A stretch of DNA of 64,000 nucleotides from positions 16,556,001 through 16,620,000 of the forward strand of contig NC_087437.1 in NCBI RefSeq assembly GCF_036321535.1, written 5' to 3'. A program made the position numbers and the translations under genes. The notes beneath the pieces are model-generated. The model made no database searches and was not told the origin of the DNA. It saw only the letters and a list, made by a program, of their open reading frames with translations. Position 1 is the stretch's first letter; the number at the start of each line of letters is the position of its first letter. The DNA comes from Camelus dromedarius (Eukaryota). Below, piece after piece: positions 11,880 to 23,518 of this stretch.

Positions 11880-12245
11880 AAACCATGCTACTCAGATGCC
11901 CACTCCCAGAAGGACTCACTGTCCCCCTGCAAAGAGTGTGGTTACCTGACAGCCTACATCTGTTCTGTCCTCAGGACTATGTCAGGTTTTGAGCCCAAAT
12001 TCTGGCTGGTGACTGAGCAAGGCGGTGGGACAAAGGCCCGGCCAATCTCCATTCAACACAGGACCCTCCTAATGGTCAATACTGTCTCCTTCTTAGACTG
12101 ACAGACGCTGGCAGGTCTGCATCATGGTTTCACCGCTCCCTATAGCTAATCCTACACCCTCTTCCTTTTTCCTGCCACAAGTGGTCCTTCCCAGGAAAGG
12201 ACCTCCTAAGTCCTCAGTGTCTGCTTCCCAGAGGACCAGCTGACT
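11880..12245 (+). mobile_element. Old ERVL LTR (LTR16-like)
   Basis: ggtgactgagcaaggcggtgggacaaaggcccggcca...cctaagtcctcagtgtctgcttcccagaggacc resembles LTR16 family. Confidence 0.55.
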
Positions 12246-12281
12246 CAAGTTCTCTTTTGCTTTCAGAAGTGAACCCATTTA

Positions 12282-12433
12282 AGGCAGGAGGGTATAGCTC
12301 AGTGGTAGAGCACACACTCAGCATGCACAAGGTCCTGGGTTCAATCCCCAGTACCTCCATTAATAAATAAGTAAACCTAATTACCTCCAGCCCCCAAAAA
12401 ATATTAAATTGCAGATGAGCAACAGCAATGCAA
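12282..12433 (+). mobile_element. tRNA-Ala-derived camelid-type SINE (Vic-1-like)
   Basis: gagggtatagctcagtggtagagc...ggtcctgggttcaatccccagtacctcca (A and B boxes) plus taaataagtaaacctaattacctcc; perfect 15-bp TSD AAGTGAACCCATTTA at 12267-12281 and 12434-12448. Confidence 0.9.
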
Positions 12434-14029
12434 AAGTGAACCCATTTAGATGATAAATTACACGATCACCCTTAACTGTGCACTGCCTGGCTTCAACCAT
12501 CATGGCTCCCGCACATTTTCTGTCCAGCGCGCATTTTATCACCTTCATCACAGATGTAACACGAGACTGCAAGGTCTCTGACTTGCCCAAGACAGGATCA
12601 CACAGGGACGTCATTTTTCTGACCTATCTAGAAGATGGCATGACAAGATCTGACCCAAGGATGAGGCTAATTTGACACAACTCAGTGAATCCATATAAGT
12701 TCAAATGATTGCAACATCTTTCCTAAGTTTTCATAAACCAGATGTCTTGTTCTTGATTGTGGGATTCTTTTTCTGGCTTTTGAACCTGCAGCCTCAGTTC
12801 ACATCTCTGCATCCTCTCGGCAGGGTGTGTGGAGTTTGTCCTGGCTGCAGGCTCTCACCATCCCCTCCCCGCCTCGGTCCTCAGTGCCTGCTTTACACCT
12901 TCATCTTCATGGTCGTGCATGTCCAGCCTGCAGGGAGGACTGCATAGTTCCAGGCTTCTGGAATCACAGGCCATCTCCACAGCCCTTCCTCGGGCACAAA
13001 AGGCCTCTTCTTAATGAGTCTTCTCTCTGCCTCCTTCCTCCCGAGCTCCTGGGTCCCCCTCCTCCAGCCCATCCTCACCACAGTCTGCTCTCCCCATCCA
13101 AGCTCCCTGCCCCTCTGACCCTCTGTGGGTCCTCTAGGGATCAGGTCAAGCGCCTCCCCTCCTCTTGAGGCCTCCCCCGCCCCCACAGCAGCCATGGTGA
13201 TGAACACAGTAGAACTAGTCCAGCAGGTTCAGCCAAGGCTTTCTCTGGCCACACGTCCCACCGGGCGGGTTCTCTGCCACGCCCACCTATGTTCCCTAGA
13301 CTCCCAGCGGGGAGCCTCCTGTCTGACTGAGGCCCCACCTACCAGAACCAGGTAGCCAACGGGCCAAGCCAGGGGGAGAATTGTCCAGGGGGCCGGGGAG
13401 GTTTCCTGCCTCTAAACTCCCTGAAAGCTCTGGTTCTTGAGGAAGGGTGGTTCTGCAGACGGCTCCTCAAAGACTCGGGGTTTCCCTCTCCACACCCTGG
13501 TTCTGACCTGAACATCCTCCACCCATCCAGTCCCACCACACCTGGAGCCCAGAGAGATGGCCTGGCGCCCTGGCTGCCTTCCTTCTGGGAGGCGCTGAGC
13601 CATTAGCAGCTCCCCTCAGGCCAGAGCACAGGAGGGAGAAGGCGGGGGGAGGCGAACGCCACACTTCCCGTGGTGGTGACATTACCTCGTGAACACGGGG
13701 GCAGCGTTCAAACTCTCCTGCTCCCTGTCTGAAGACGCGGCAGCTCTCCTCCTGCGGACTCACCTACTTGCCGTCCACAGAAACATTCTTTCTAGTCTTT
13801 CTAACCTTTTCTCATGTATTCATTTGTTCAGCGTAATGTGTTCAGCGTCCATCGTGTGCCAGGCACTGAGTTGGGCATCTTAGCCTCAGGCTTCAAAGCC
13901 CAGAATCTACTCTGCAGGCCTCTGAAAGCATCTTTATGTCCTTCCACCTTCCTTCCAATCTTAAATCAGCAGCTTGCAAGCCCATCACGAGAGCCTGAGA
14001 GCATTGTTCTGGAATGACCATCGCTGGGT

Positions 14030-14370
14030 AAATAATATTCATTCGTTCGTTTGTTTGTTCATTCAACAAATATTGGTTGGGTACTTGTTCTGTGCCAGGC
14101 ACTGGGTTGACATCTTGTGTCCTGCTGAACAAAACAAACATCACCCCCTCCTAGTCTCCTGTCCGAGAGAGACATTCAGTAAATAGACCCGTGAACAAGT
14201 TTATCATTACAAATGGAGAAAAGTGCTTGGAAGGAAAATAACAGGTTGAGGGAGAGGCAGGAGGTGGGGGTGGGGGGAGGGGGAGGAAAGAGGGAGGGAA
14301 TAACCTGGACTGGCTGGTCAGGGAAAGTCTCTGGCAGCTGAGATCTAAGGGAGGAGCAGGGCCGACAGGG
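14030..14370 (-). mobile_element. L2 LINE 3' end
   Basis: ttcattcaacaaatattggttgggtacttgttctgtgccaggcactggg...ggctggtcagggaaagtctct. Confidence 0.75.
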
Positions 14371-15924
14371 ACTGGATGGGGTGGCCTCTCTACCCACCGA
14401 CCCCTGACAAGCCCCCTTCTTCCACGTTGCTCAGGACCCAGAGCAGACAGCCTCCTGCAGCCGCTGCCTGGGGCACGCCCCCTTCCTCCAAAGTCTTGAT
14501 CTCAACCCAGGGGAAAAGGATCACCTTCAAACTGGATTTTGTGGCATTACTTGTCTTCTAAAGAGCCTGTTCATGGCATCCGTGAAAGTGTGCTATCAGA
14601 CCCAGGGAGAGGGCCAGCCGGCGGTGGCCCTGATCCCAGCATCCAGGGACTGCCGCCCCCTTCCAGGGGCTGAGCTTCCAGACGGGGCTTTGGAATGGTC
14701 ACATTAAGAATGATTGCAGCAATAAAGTTCTATTAGCCATCTGGAGCAACGGCGTGCTCTCCAGGGCCAAGCACTTGCAGACAGATGTGGGCAGAGAGGG
14801 GCTCCGAGGGACAGGGGCGGGTGACTGTCTGGGATGGAGGTCAGTTAGAGGGGGATGCCAGCAGGGACTAGTTGGAGTGGCAGGGCACCAGCATATCCAG
14901 GCCAAAACCCCTGGATGAATTCTATTTCCATTTTAGATATGACCCTCAAGGGACATTATGGGTATCAGTGTTTCGAAAATAGCTTGCCTTTCCTTGGATA
15001 AACGTAACAGACACACAGGAGATGTCAGGGATAGTTAACAGGAAAGCTCCCTTCTCCGCAGGCTGTTCTCTGACTCTCCCACGATGGCTACATCATTCGG
15101 GAGCCATTCAAACCCGGGTTCAAACTCCAGCAAGGCCACTTACCTGGCTTAGTGCCCTTGGGACTTACAAAAGTTCTCTGAGCCTCAGTTTCCCACCTGT
15201 GAAATGAATACAATAACTCCTCTCTCTACCGGCTTCTGGATGGAAAGATGAAGTGCCTAGCCCCACCCCGGCCCCATCCAGGCTCCTTTGAGTGCTATTA
15301 TTAGTACCCCTTATAAGTAGCCCCTTTCAGAGCTGCAGTCTTGGCCAGAAGTGGATGGAAATGCAGTTGAGGCTGATGGCAAGGGAGAAGCATCGTGAGC
15401 CCCGGTGTCCCTGGACCATTTTGGGTCCCTCCATCCCATAGCTATGAGCCCAGTTATTCTTTGGCTGCGAGCTTCCATCCCCCATCTTGTGAGAGTGAAT
15501 TAACAGGAGCACAAACACAGGTGTCATTATGATTTATGGAGTAATTAATAAACAATTAAGGTGTCTTGGAGCACAATTACACATTTTATTTCAGCTGCCT
15601 CGCAGGGCGATGGCTTGGCTTGCCCGCACTCAGCGTCGAAGACAGCCCCTGGCCCGGGGTTGTGGGTGATCTGGAAGGCTGTGTGGGTTTTATGTAAAAC
15701 CAGAGCGTGGGGAAAACCCTGCCTGAGAGGCGTAATGTCCAATGTGCTGCCCCCACAGGCACCCAGCCCTGAATCTGCCGGAGTTTCTTTTTCCAAGGAG
15801 GCTTCCCTAGTTGATCTGGCCCACACTGACGTCTCCCCGACCCCTTCCAGTGCCTTAGTGCCTGCATACAGCATCAGCCTTTTTTGTTTTGCTTTGCTTG
15901 GTTTTGGTTTTTGCTTGCTGTTAG

Positions 15925-16140
15925 ATAATAGCATGGCATAGCTGCTAAGTCAGGCAACCCTGGGTTCAAGTCCTGGCTCTGCCACTTGCTGGCTATATGA
16001 CTTTAAGCAAGTAACGTAAGCTCTCTGCACCTTTTTCCACATCTGTAAAATGAAGTCATTGTTCTAAAAACTAAATGGGCTAAAGTGATTTGCAGAGTGC
16101 CTGGTGTAGTAAATGCTCAATGAAAATTAGCCTTTATTAT
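15925..16140 (+). mobile_element. MIR SINE
   Basis: cctgggttcaagtcctggctctgccacttgctggctatatgactttaagcaagt...catctgtaaaatg...agtgcctggtgtagtaaatgctcaatg. Confidence 0.85.
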
Positions 16141-16169
16141 CTCACACACACACACTCTTTATAATGAGA

Positions 16170-16390
16170 TTTTTTTGCATGCTTTTTTATTGAAGTATAG
16201 TCAGTTTACAATGTTGTGTCAATTTCTGGTGTACAGCATAATGTTTCAGTCATACATAGACATACATATATTCATTTTCATACTCTTTTTCCTTATAGGT
16301 TACTACAAGATATTGAATATCGTTCCCTGTGCCATACAGTATAAACTTGTTGTCTGTCTACTTTTATACATAGTAGTTAGTATCTGCCAG
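16170..16390 (-). mobile_element. L1 3' UTR end, 5'-truncated (lineage-level L1)
   Basis: T-rich tail then ttgaagtatagtcagtttacaatgttgtgtcaatttctggtgtacagc; same family as 42544-43204 and the reverse complement of ~40480-40630. Confidence 0.85.
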
Positions 16391-16624
16391 TCTTGATTTA
16401 AATGCCACACAGGCAAGGACCCATTCAAATATGTTTCAAATCCCAAGAGAGACAAGCTGTCCTTCAGAAACTGGTCCTCTGGCTCCCCTTTTGGCACTAA
16501 CCCCATCTTTCACTTCTAGGTGTTCTTTTTTTCCTTCCATTGAAACACCAGTCTTCAGCATCCATCTATAGCCCATGTCCCAAACTCCCTGAAAACTATA
16601 GCTCTCTATGACTCCGGGTGACTG

Positions 16625-16770
16625 TGGAAGTGAGAATAAAGTTCTTGGGTAAAATACAGGATGCTCATGCGATATTTGGAACGTATTTATACTTAAAAAT
16701 GTCATTGTTTACATGAATTCAAGTTTAACAGGGCATCCCATATTTTTATTTAAGTCGGAAAACTCTAGGT
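16625..16770. mobile_element. Palindromic hAT MITE (MER53-like)
   Basis: Inverted arms aaaatacaggatgc ... gcatcccatattttt around tatttatacttaaaaatgtcattgttt. Confidence 0.55.
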
Positions 16771-17109
16771 GGGAACTTTTCAAGGATTTCCAACCCTGCA
16801 GCACTGTCTCGTGTCTCCCCCATTGGGAAATTCCACTGCCACTAAATTGATTCCCTGGGGCCCCTCAGGCAAACCTGGGATTATGTTTATTATGGTCAAC
16901 TCAGTTCTTCTAAACAGAAATAAGCATTAAAACCCATATAATGGTTTTAACATCCTTCCTGACTTTCTCTCCACTTCCTGCCCTGCTTTTATCACACCAG
17001 GAACACACCCAAAGGAAAAATAAATACAATGGATCGAGGGGAGAGAAGCGGCTACAATTATCTTTAAGTTCCCTTCCAGTTTTTGAACTTGCATGCAGAA
17101 TGTGGATGG

Positions 17110-18200
17110 AATGATCACTGGTAAATTATGTGTCCAAAAATGCCCTGAGAGTTGACCGTTACCTTCACTGGTAATAGAATTCTTAGACCATAATTCTTTT
17201 CTTTCAGTGTTAGTGAATATTGGTCCACAGTCTTCTGGCTTCTGGCCTGTAAAGTTTTCTCTATTTCATTTGTTCTCAGTGACGTCATCTGACATTGTCT
17301 AGGGTACATCTGTTTGCAACGATCCTGGAATCTCCAAGACTCAAACTTTGTCTCTCTTCGGTCAGGAAATGTTTCTTCTGTGACTTCTTTAATTATTACT
17401 TCTCCACCTACCCTTCTAGAACCCCTGGTGTATTTGCAATTTTTTTTCACATTGCATTACTTGGTTACATTTCTTAGCTTTTGCTCCAGATCTCCACATC
17501 TTTGTTTCTTTATTTTGTTTGTGAGCTATTTCTCCCTTACAATCATCCAGAACACTGATTTGGTTCCCAGCAGTGACCAGTCTCTTTTACAGTTTGCCTA
17601 TCAATTTTAATTAAGAAATTGCTTTTTGTGGTTTTAGAAAGTCAATGTTTTCTCTAGTTTTCCTTGAGAGTTCTTCCCTCTGTTCTACTAAAGCTCTCTT
17701 CTGCCTCATTGTTTGGTTCTACCTCAGTAAAAGCCGCCTGTTCTCATTGTTGACTAAATTCCCTTAAGTTGGTGATGAGTTTTCTTCTTCTACTTGTGAC
17801 TACATGTTTCCTGGGCATTCAGACAGTTCCAGCTGTTGAGGGTCTCTCAAACCAAAGGCATCACAAAGATGGTAGATTTTTGCCTCCTAGTGGGCAGGCA
17901 GTGAATGGGCTGTCAAATGATGACAAGCCTCCTCTCCGCAGTGGGGGCTGGAAGCAGCTTTGCCCACGTGTCTCCCCTCAGTGGACAGAGTAGTGGTCCT
18001 CTCCCACCTTCTACCGCTGGTCAGCAGGCTCAAGCAGCGCTTCCAGGGACCACACAACCAGGGCAGCAGCTCTCTGTATGTCCCCCAGAACCTGTTAACA
18101 ATTGGATCTCTCAGAGGTTTGTGAAATCTTCTGTCTTCACCCTGAGAATAGAAAGCCTTCTCTACCCTGGTCACTCTGCGCTCACCTGAGCCAAATGGCC
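17110..18200 (-). mobile_element. Ancient L1M fragment, ORF1/5' region
   Basis: Minus-strand ORF 17115-17450 contains IIKEVTEETFPD...LKEKNYGLRILLPVKV, a decayed L1 ORF1p C-terminal pattern (IIxENFP...LKEKNFQPRIxYPAKL); upstream extent approximate. Confidence 0.65.
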
Positions 18201-21200
18201 AGCATCACACCTGCTTGGGCTCACCAGCAGGCCTGCCCACCGCTCCTTTAGTGCACGGAGGAAATCGCTCTGGAAAGGGCCTGGAGGCCACGGGGTTGGA
18301 GGGCTCTCCTCAGGAAAGCAGCTTCCCCAGTCTCCACGGTAAACGTTACTGTTCTAAGACCTCCTCCTGGCTGTCCTAGAAGAAACCACAACTCCTCTAG
18401 GATGGTTGAGTGACCAGTTCCTTTAAAGGTAATTATGGGAGAGCAGGAAGTGTTCTGAGTTGGGAATCCAACGACTTGGGTTTGAGATCCAACTCGAAGC
18501 ATTTTGTAAATGTTCAAGTGCATATGTCACCATGAATTTTCTCTGTAATCATATTACTGAACCAGACTCATTCCAGGCCTAGGTCCTGAGCGAGGCCCTC
18601 CCAGGGCTCTCCAGGAAGGCAGGCATTTCTCTGCAGAAGGCTCCACTCCAACTCTTTAGGGAAAGGGAAAGGGAACCCTGATAAATCAAAGACTAAATAA
18701 CAATAGCAGAGGCTGCACCATATTTTCATAGCATGTTTATGAGGACACCCCACGGAACAGAGCTAAAGGGCTTACTGAAGTCAGGATATTTTACATCTTT
18801 TGCTTTTGCCTCATCTTCCAGACCTGTCATTCTGACACTGGAGGAAATTAAATTGGTCTGATGTGATTGGTCCCTTGCACAGTCACGCTGGTTTCCATCC
18901 AGTACCCTCCGGTTTTCTGGTATTTGTAAATTAATTATTAAATGATTTGTTGCTGTATCTCTCAAAGGATAATAGTGCCTGTCACAGCACATGACATTTA
19001 TAATACATTTTTGAGTTTCTTGGCAATGTGTGCTAAGTGAATGTGGACTATTATTATTGGCTTCTATCAAAGGAGTCAGATGATCAGGCATGAGGTTGAG
19101 TGGACAGGTTGGGCTCTTTCTCTGAGCAGGACATCCCACGCATCAAGAACTCCCTCTGGGAATGGGAACTATAAAATTTATCCTTATCCTCGTCTAATTT
19201 GCCAAGTTAAGCCACTTTTCCCTTCTTTCTTCCCTTTTCTCTCTCACTCCTTTGGTTCCCCAGGTAAGGCACTTGTCCAGGAAATATTCATTCAGAGTGA
19301 ACATACCTTGGGCCACACCTGATCATTGACCCAGGAAAGATGCGAGATATCTCTTCCTCACCCCAACACTTGTCAATTCAGAGATGCTAGAGGCCAAAGC
19401 CAGAGTCCCAAGTCCCAATCACTAACTGCAGACAGCAGTTTTTGGTACCTTTGGGTTTTGTTTTTAATGAAGGAAGGAGATAAAAGTCAGGGAATGGGGA
19501 CTCAGGATCAATGCCCCACTGGCTGGCTGAAGCAGGTCACAGAGTCTCTCAGGATCTCACCAGTCCAGTGAAGGGACTTGATTAGATGTCCTTCCAGAGA
19601 GTAGCTCTGCTTGATACCAGGTTCTTAGGACACAGACATGGCAGACATGCTCTTAGACCAAAGGAGGACCAGATTCTCTGACCATTGATCCAATGTCCCA
19701 TATGCCTAGTGAGAAACCCCATGGATTTAGCCAAGAATAACAACAGGCATGAATCCCAGGAGAATTGTGAACTGGGCAGTGGAGGTCTTGGTGCAGCTAC
19801 TCCCCGCCATGCCCGTTGTTTGGTGGTTCTCCTCCTCCTTCCCCTCACTTCAGGCTCTGGGTACCTTTATATTATCCCTGATGGCCCATAAAACTCCCAG
19901 ATACATTGTCTTCCCCAGGCGATGTTCACTGCACACATATTTCACAGTCCACCTCCAGCCATCAAGACTTACCTGTCCTCTGTCCCTATCGGAAGATCTG
20001 CTTTGATGATTCAAACTCATTGGGAAAACAAAATTGGAAATGAAAGCTAATAATAGCTTATTGCTTTACATACTAACTGGGAACATTGGGACCTTACAAA
20101 CAGAGATCCTTTTAGCGGTGGGAGGAAACGGTTGGGGTGTTTCTCCAAGCACTCAAAGCTCACCAGGCCAATTGTAAGGCATCCCGTTTTAACTAACAGC
20201 TCATCCTCCCACCGAAGGAAGAGGGATGGGATGACAAAGAGGATCAAAACAGAAAACGTGTCACCTCAGGAGTGAGAAAATGCCTGGCTCCGCTCTGCAT
20301 TCTGGGTCCCCTGTTCCAGGGAGCCTCAACATCACCGTGACGGCACAAGCCCGAACTGGGCAGGGCGAGTCCTGGGTTTTCATCCTATTGCTGCCACTTA
20401 TGCACTGAGTGACTTTAGACAAGTCTCTTCTCTCAGAGCCTGGCTTTTATGTTGGACATCATGGGAGCTGACCAGGGGCTCTCTGAACTCTTACAAGTTG
20501 TGGTTTTCACCTTCATTTGTCTCCTCCCACCTGAAGAGATTATACTGTCAGTTATCATCAAAGGCTTGCAAGATCAGGGGACATTTATTTAGCAATCACT
20601 GTTCCCGCTGGCTGGGGATGGAGTCTGTTGCTCCTCGATACCCCCTTTTCCTTTCTATCAAAAGGATACATCCTGGTCTTTAAAAGCTGGCTCCTGCCCA
20701 GATTTACTTCCAAGCAGCAAGCCAGCCTCCTCCCCCTAGCAGCCCTTTGAAATGTAAAATCAAGGTGTGTTTTGTTGTTTTTGCACCACCAACCCACCTT
20801 TGGAGGAGTGGAGCCTGGCTGTTGCATTTGGAGATGTGTTGTGCATCCATAATGGCCTCAGCATCCCCACCAAAGGAGGTGTCACCTTCACAACCCAAAT
20901 TCAGTTGAAACTTGCAAGTGAATCAGATAGGACATTGTCCCTATGTGCACAGAAGATGGCTCAGTCCAAGTTCCAGAATCTCCCTGCCCCAGACCCTCTG
21001 GGCCATAAAGCTACCAACACAGTCCAACCAAATGTATGCCAGTCACCCCACTGACAGCCTCAAGAATGCCACAGTAAAGGGACTGGCCATGAAGTCCTCC
21101 CAGAAAGAAACATGGTGAGTGATTTCTAGAGGAGTCAGAAATTTTCAGTTCGAACGTGGATCTGTCTGTGTAGTCACTCAATCTCTCTGCGCTTTGAATT

Positions 21201-21729
21201 CCTTCTCTATGAAACAGGGGTACTAACACCTGCCTTACCTTTTGCAAGAATCAACTGAGGTGACAGACGCAAAATAAAACATCTTGTCAGCCAGGGCCCT
21301 TTGGGGAGGGCAGCATCGTAATTGTCAGAGAATTGTTGCAAAATAGACATGCCACACTCTCTTCCTCAGTCTGGTTATATGTATTCTGGAAAAGTCTCCA
21401 GAAGATTCTGGCCCACACAGCTCCATCCTCCTACCTGGCTGGGCTCTCTGAATCCCCTACTTACGTCAGAGATGCCTGGGAGTCCGTGACCAGCCAGCCC
21501 CAGACTCTGGACCCTTGACTGTTGTTCACATTGACTAATAAATCCCCAGTCTGCCCATGGTTGTCCTTTTTCACATCCACCCAGCACAAGGCCCTTAGCA
21601 GCCATCATGTATGTCCAGCACAGTCTTTAGACACTGTCTCAGTTACAGGTCTCTTGACAACTTGAGGACCACTGATGATGATACATCTCTGATACCATGC
21701 AGACCATGCTTCCATGTAAAATATCTTCT

Positions 21730-22270
21730 TGGTGGTTTTCAAAAATGGCCCCAAATCTTTGACATCTCTCCCATTAAACTGGAGAGTCTGTCTCCTGTCG
21801 TGAATCTGCACACATTTATGAGCAGAGTGTGGTAGTTGTGATGCTGTAGGACTTCCAAGTTAGGTCAGAAAAGCCTGTGCAGCTTCAAGTGGGATCTCTT
21901 GGAATACTCACTCTGGGGGAAACCAGGTGCCATACAAGAAATCCAGCTGCCCTGAGAGCACCATGCTGGAGCAATCACAAGTGGGACTCCAGTTGACAGC
22001 CCCAGCTGAGCTCCCACGCAGCGGGGAGCACCAAGAGCAGCCGCGTGAGTGAGCCGTCTTGGATGTCCAGCCTCATCAAGCCTTCAGATGGTTCCAGCCC
22101 CAGCCCGAGCCAGCCTCGGGCAGTGATCACATCAGAGACTCCGTGCAAGAAATGCCCCGCCAAGCCCTTCCTGAATTCCTGCCTCCCAACACTGTGAGCC
22201 AAATTAAGTGGTAGTTCTAGGTGGCTAAGTTTGGGAATAAGTTGTTACAAAGCAAGAGTAAGTGAAACAC
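21730..22270 (+). mobile_element. MaLR solo LTR (MLT1G/H-like)
   Basis: aaaatggccccaaatctttgacatctctccca...gtgagtgagccgtcttggatgtccagcc...ctaagtttgggaataagttgttacaaagcaagagtaagtgaaaca. Confidence 0.8.
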
Positions 22271-22344
22271 CTTTTAATTCCAATTTTTTAAAATACAGTG
22301 GTGAACCCGAGAGGCGGGCATTTGCTCAGGTCACTTGACCCCAT

Positions 22345-22905
22345 CACAGGCAGGCATTCTCGTGCCCTACGGATGGGAATAAAAGTTGGTAAACCTCCCG
22401 GGAAGCAGTTTTGGCAACACTCAGAGAGAGCTTTAAAAGACACATGTCCTTTGACCTCTCAACTGCAATTTAGGAGTCTGCTCTAATGAACTGATGACAG
22501 ATATACACAAAGAATTATCTGAATCAGCTGTACGGGTGTTCATTAGTGTTATCCAAAATAGCAAAAACATTGGGACTAACCTAAATGTTCCCCTGAGAGG
22601 TTGGTTAAATAAGCTTTAAAATAGTCACACAAGAACGTATTTTACGCCTGTTTAAAGCCGTGTTATTGCAGTATATTTGATGACTGAACATTCATGGCCT
22701 ATTGGTAAATAAAAGTTTACATTTCAAATTATATCCTCCTAACGTTAAAACTACATCTACCCGGAAGAATAAAAATCTCAAACTATAAAAGTGATATAGT
22801 GTAAATACTAGCATGGCTCTCAGTTTTTACTTACTTTCCCATAGTTTCTACATTTTCTATAATCAACATGCACTACTTCTTCAATCAGGAAAAAAAAAAA
22901 AAAAG
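22345..22905 (+). mobile_element. Ancient L1ME-type 3' region
   Basis: tcctttgacctctcaactgcaatttaggagtctg...aatagcaaaaacattgggactaacctaaatgttcc...ggttaaataa, with A-tail at ~22890. Confidence 0.65.
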
Positions 22906-23331
22906 ACATTTCAAAGAGAAAGAAAAGACGTGATGCCCAAACTGCCAAGAGTGTGAAAAGAGCCTGTGTACCCATGCACCAGTGACTTCTAGAGGGCTAA
23001 TTGGACCGCCAGTCATAGCTGCAGATAGAACTGAGCTGGCAAACGGGAGACTCAACTCTGACATTAAAGATCAGAAACCAAAAGTTAAAGGGAAGTTGGG
23101 AAAAGAAACTACCAGATGGAGAGCCATCCAGTCCAACAGAAACCCCCAGGGCTCTGGCCATATCACTGTGAGCAGAAGGTGACACCCAGTTTACTACAGA
23201 GCTATGGGAAGGTAGCCACTCAGCGTATCTATACGTGGCAGGGGGGTAGGAGGATCTTGAGTGGGGGCCATAGGTTACGAGCTCCTGGGGTCTCCCTGAG
23301 GACTTGCATTAGCAAAATTCAGGCTCTAGCA

Positions 23332-23518
23332 CGGCACTGTCCAACATGGCAACCACTACCCATGTGAGTTATTTAAATTTAGAAAGCAAAATGAAATAAA
23401 ATGTAAAACTCAGCCCTGTCACACTAGCCTCATTTCAAGCAGCTAATGGTTATTGTACTAGACACAGCAGCATAGGATTTTTCCATCATTGTAGAAAACT
23501 TTCTAATAGACAGCACTG
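23332..23518. mobile_element. MER3-like hAT MITE
   Basis: Inverted termini cggcactgtcc / gacagcactg; flanks CTCTAGCA and CTCTAGGG resemble a decayed 8-bp hAT TSD. Confidence 0.75.

Noticed and set aside
13755..13775. Strong minus-strand splice donor (AG|GTGAGT) in a CpG-rich patch; similar isolated donors at ~3868 and ~31135 (+)
   Set aside because: No matching acceptor, reading frame or exon chain; isolated donor consensus is frequent by chance. RNA-seq would be needed to exclude a non-coding exon
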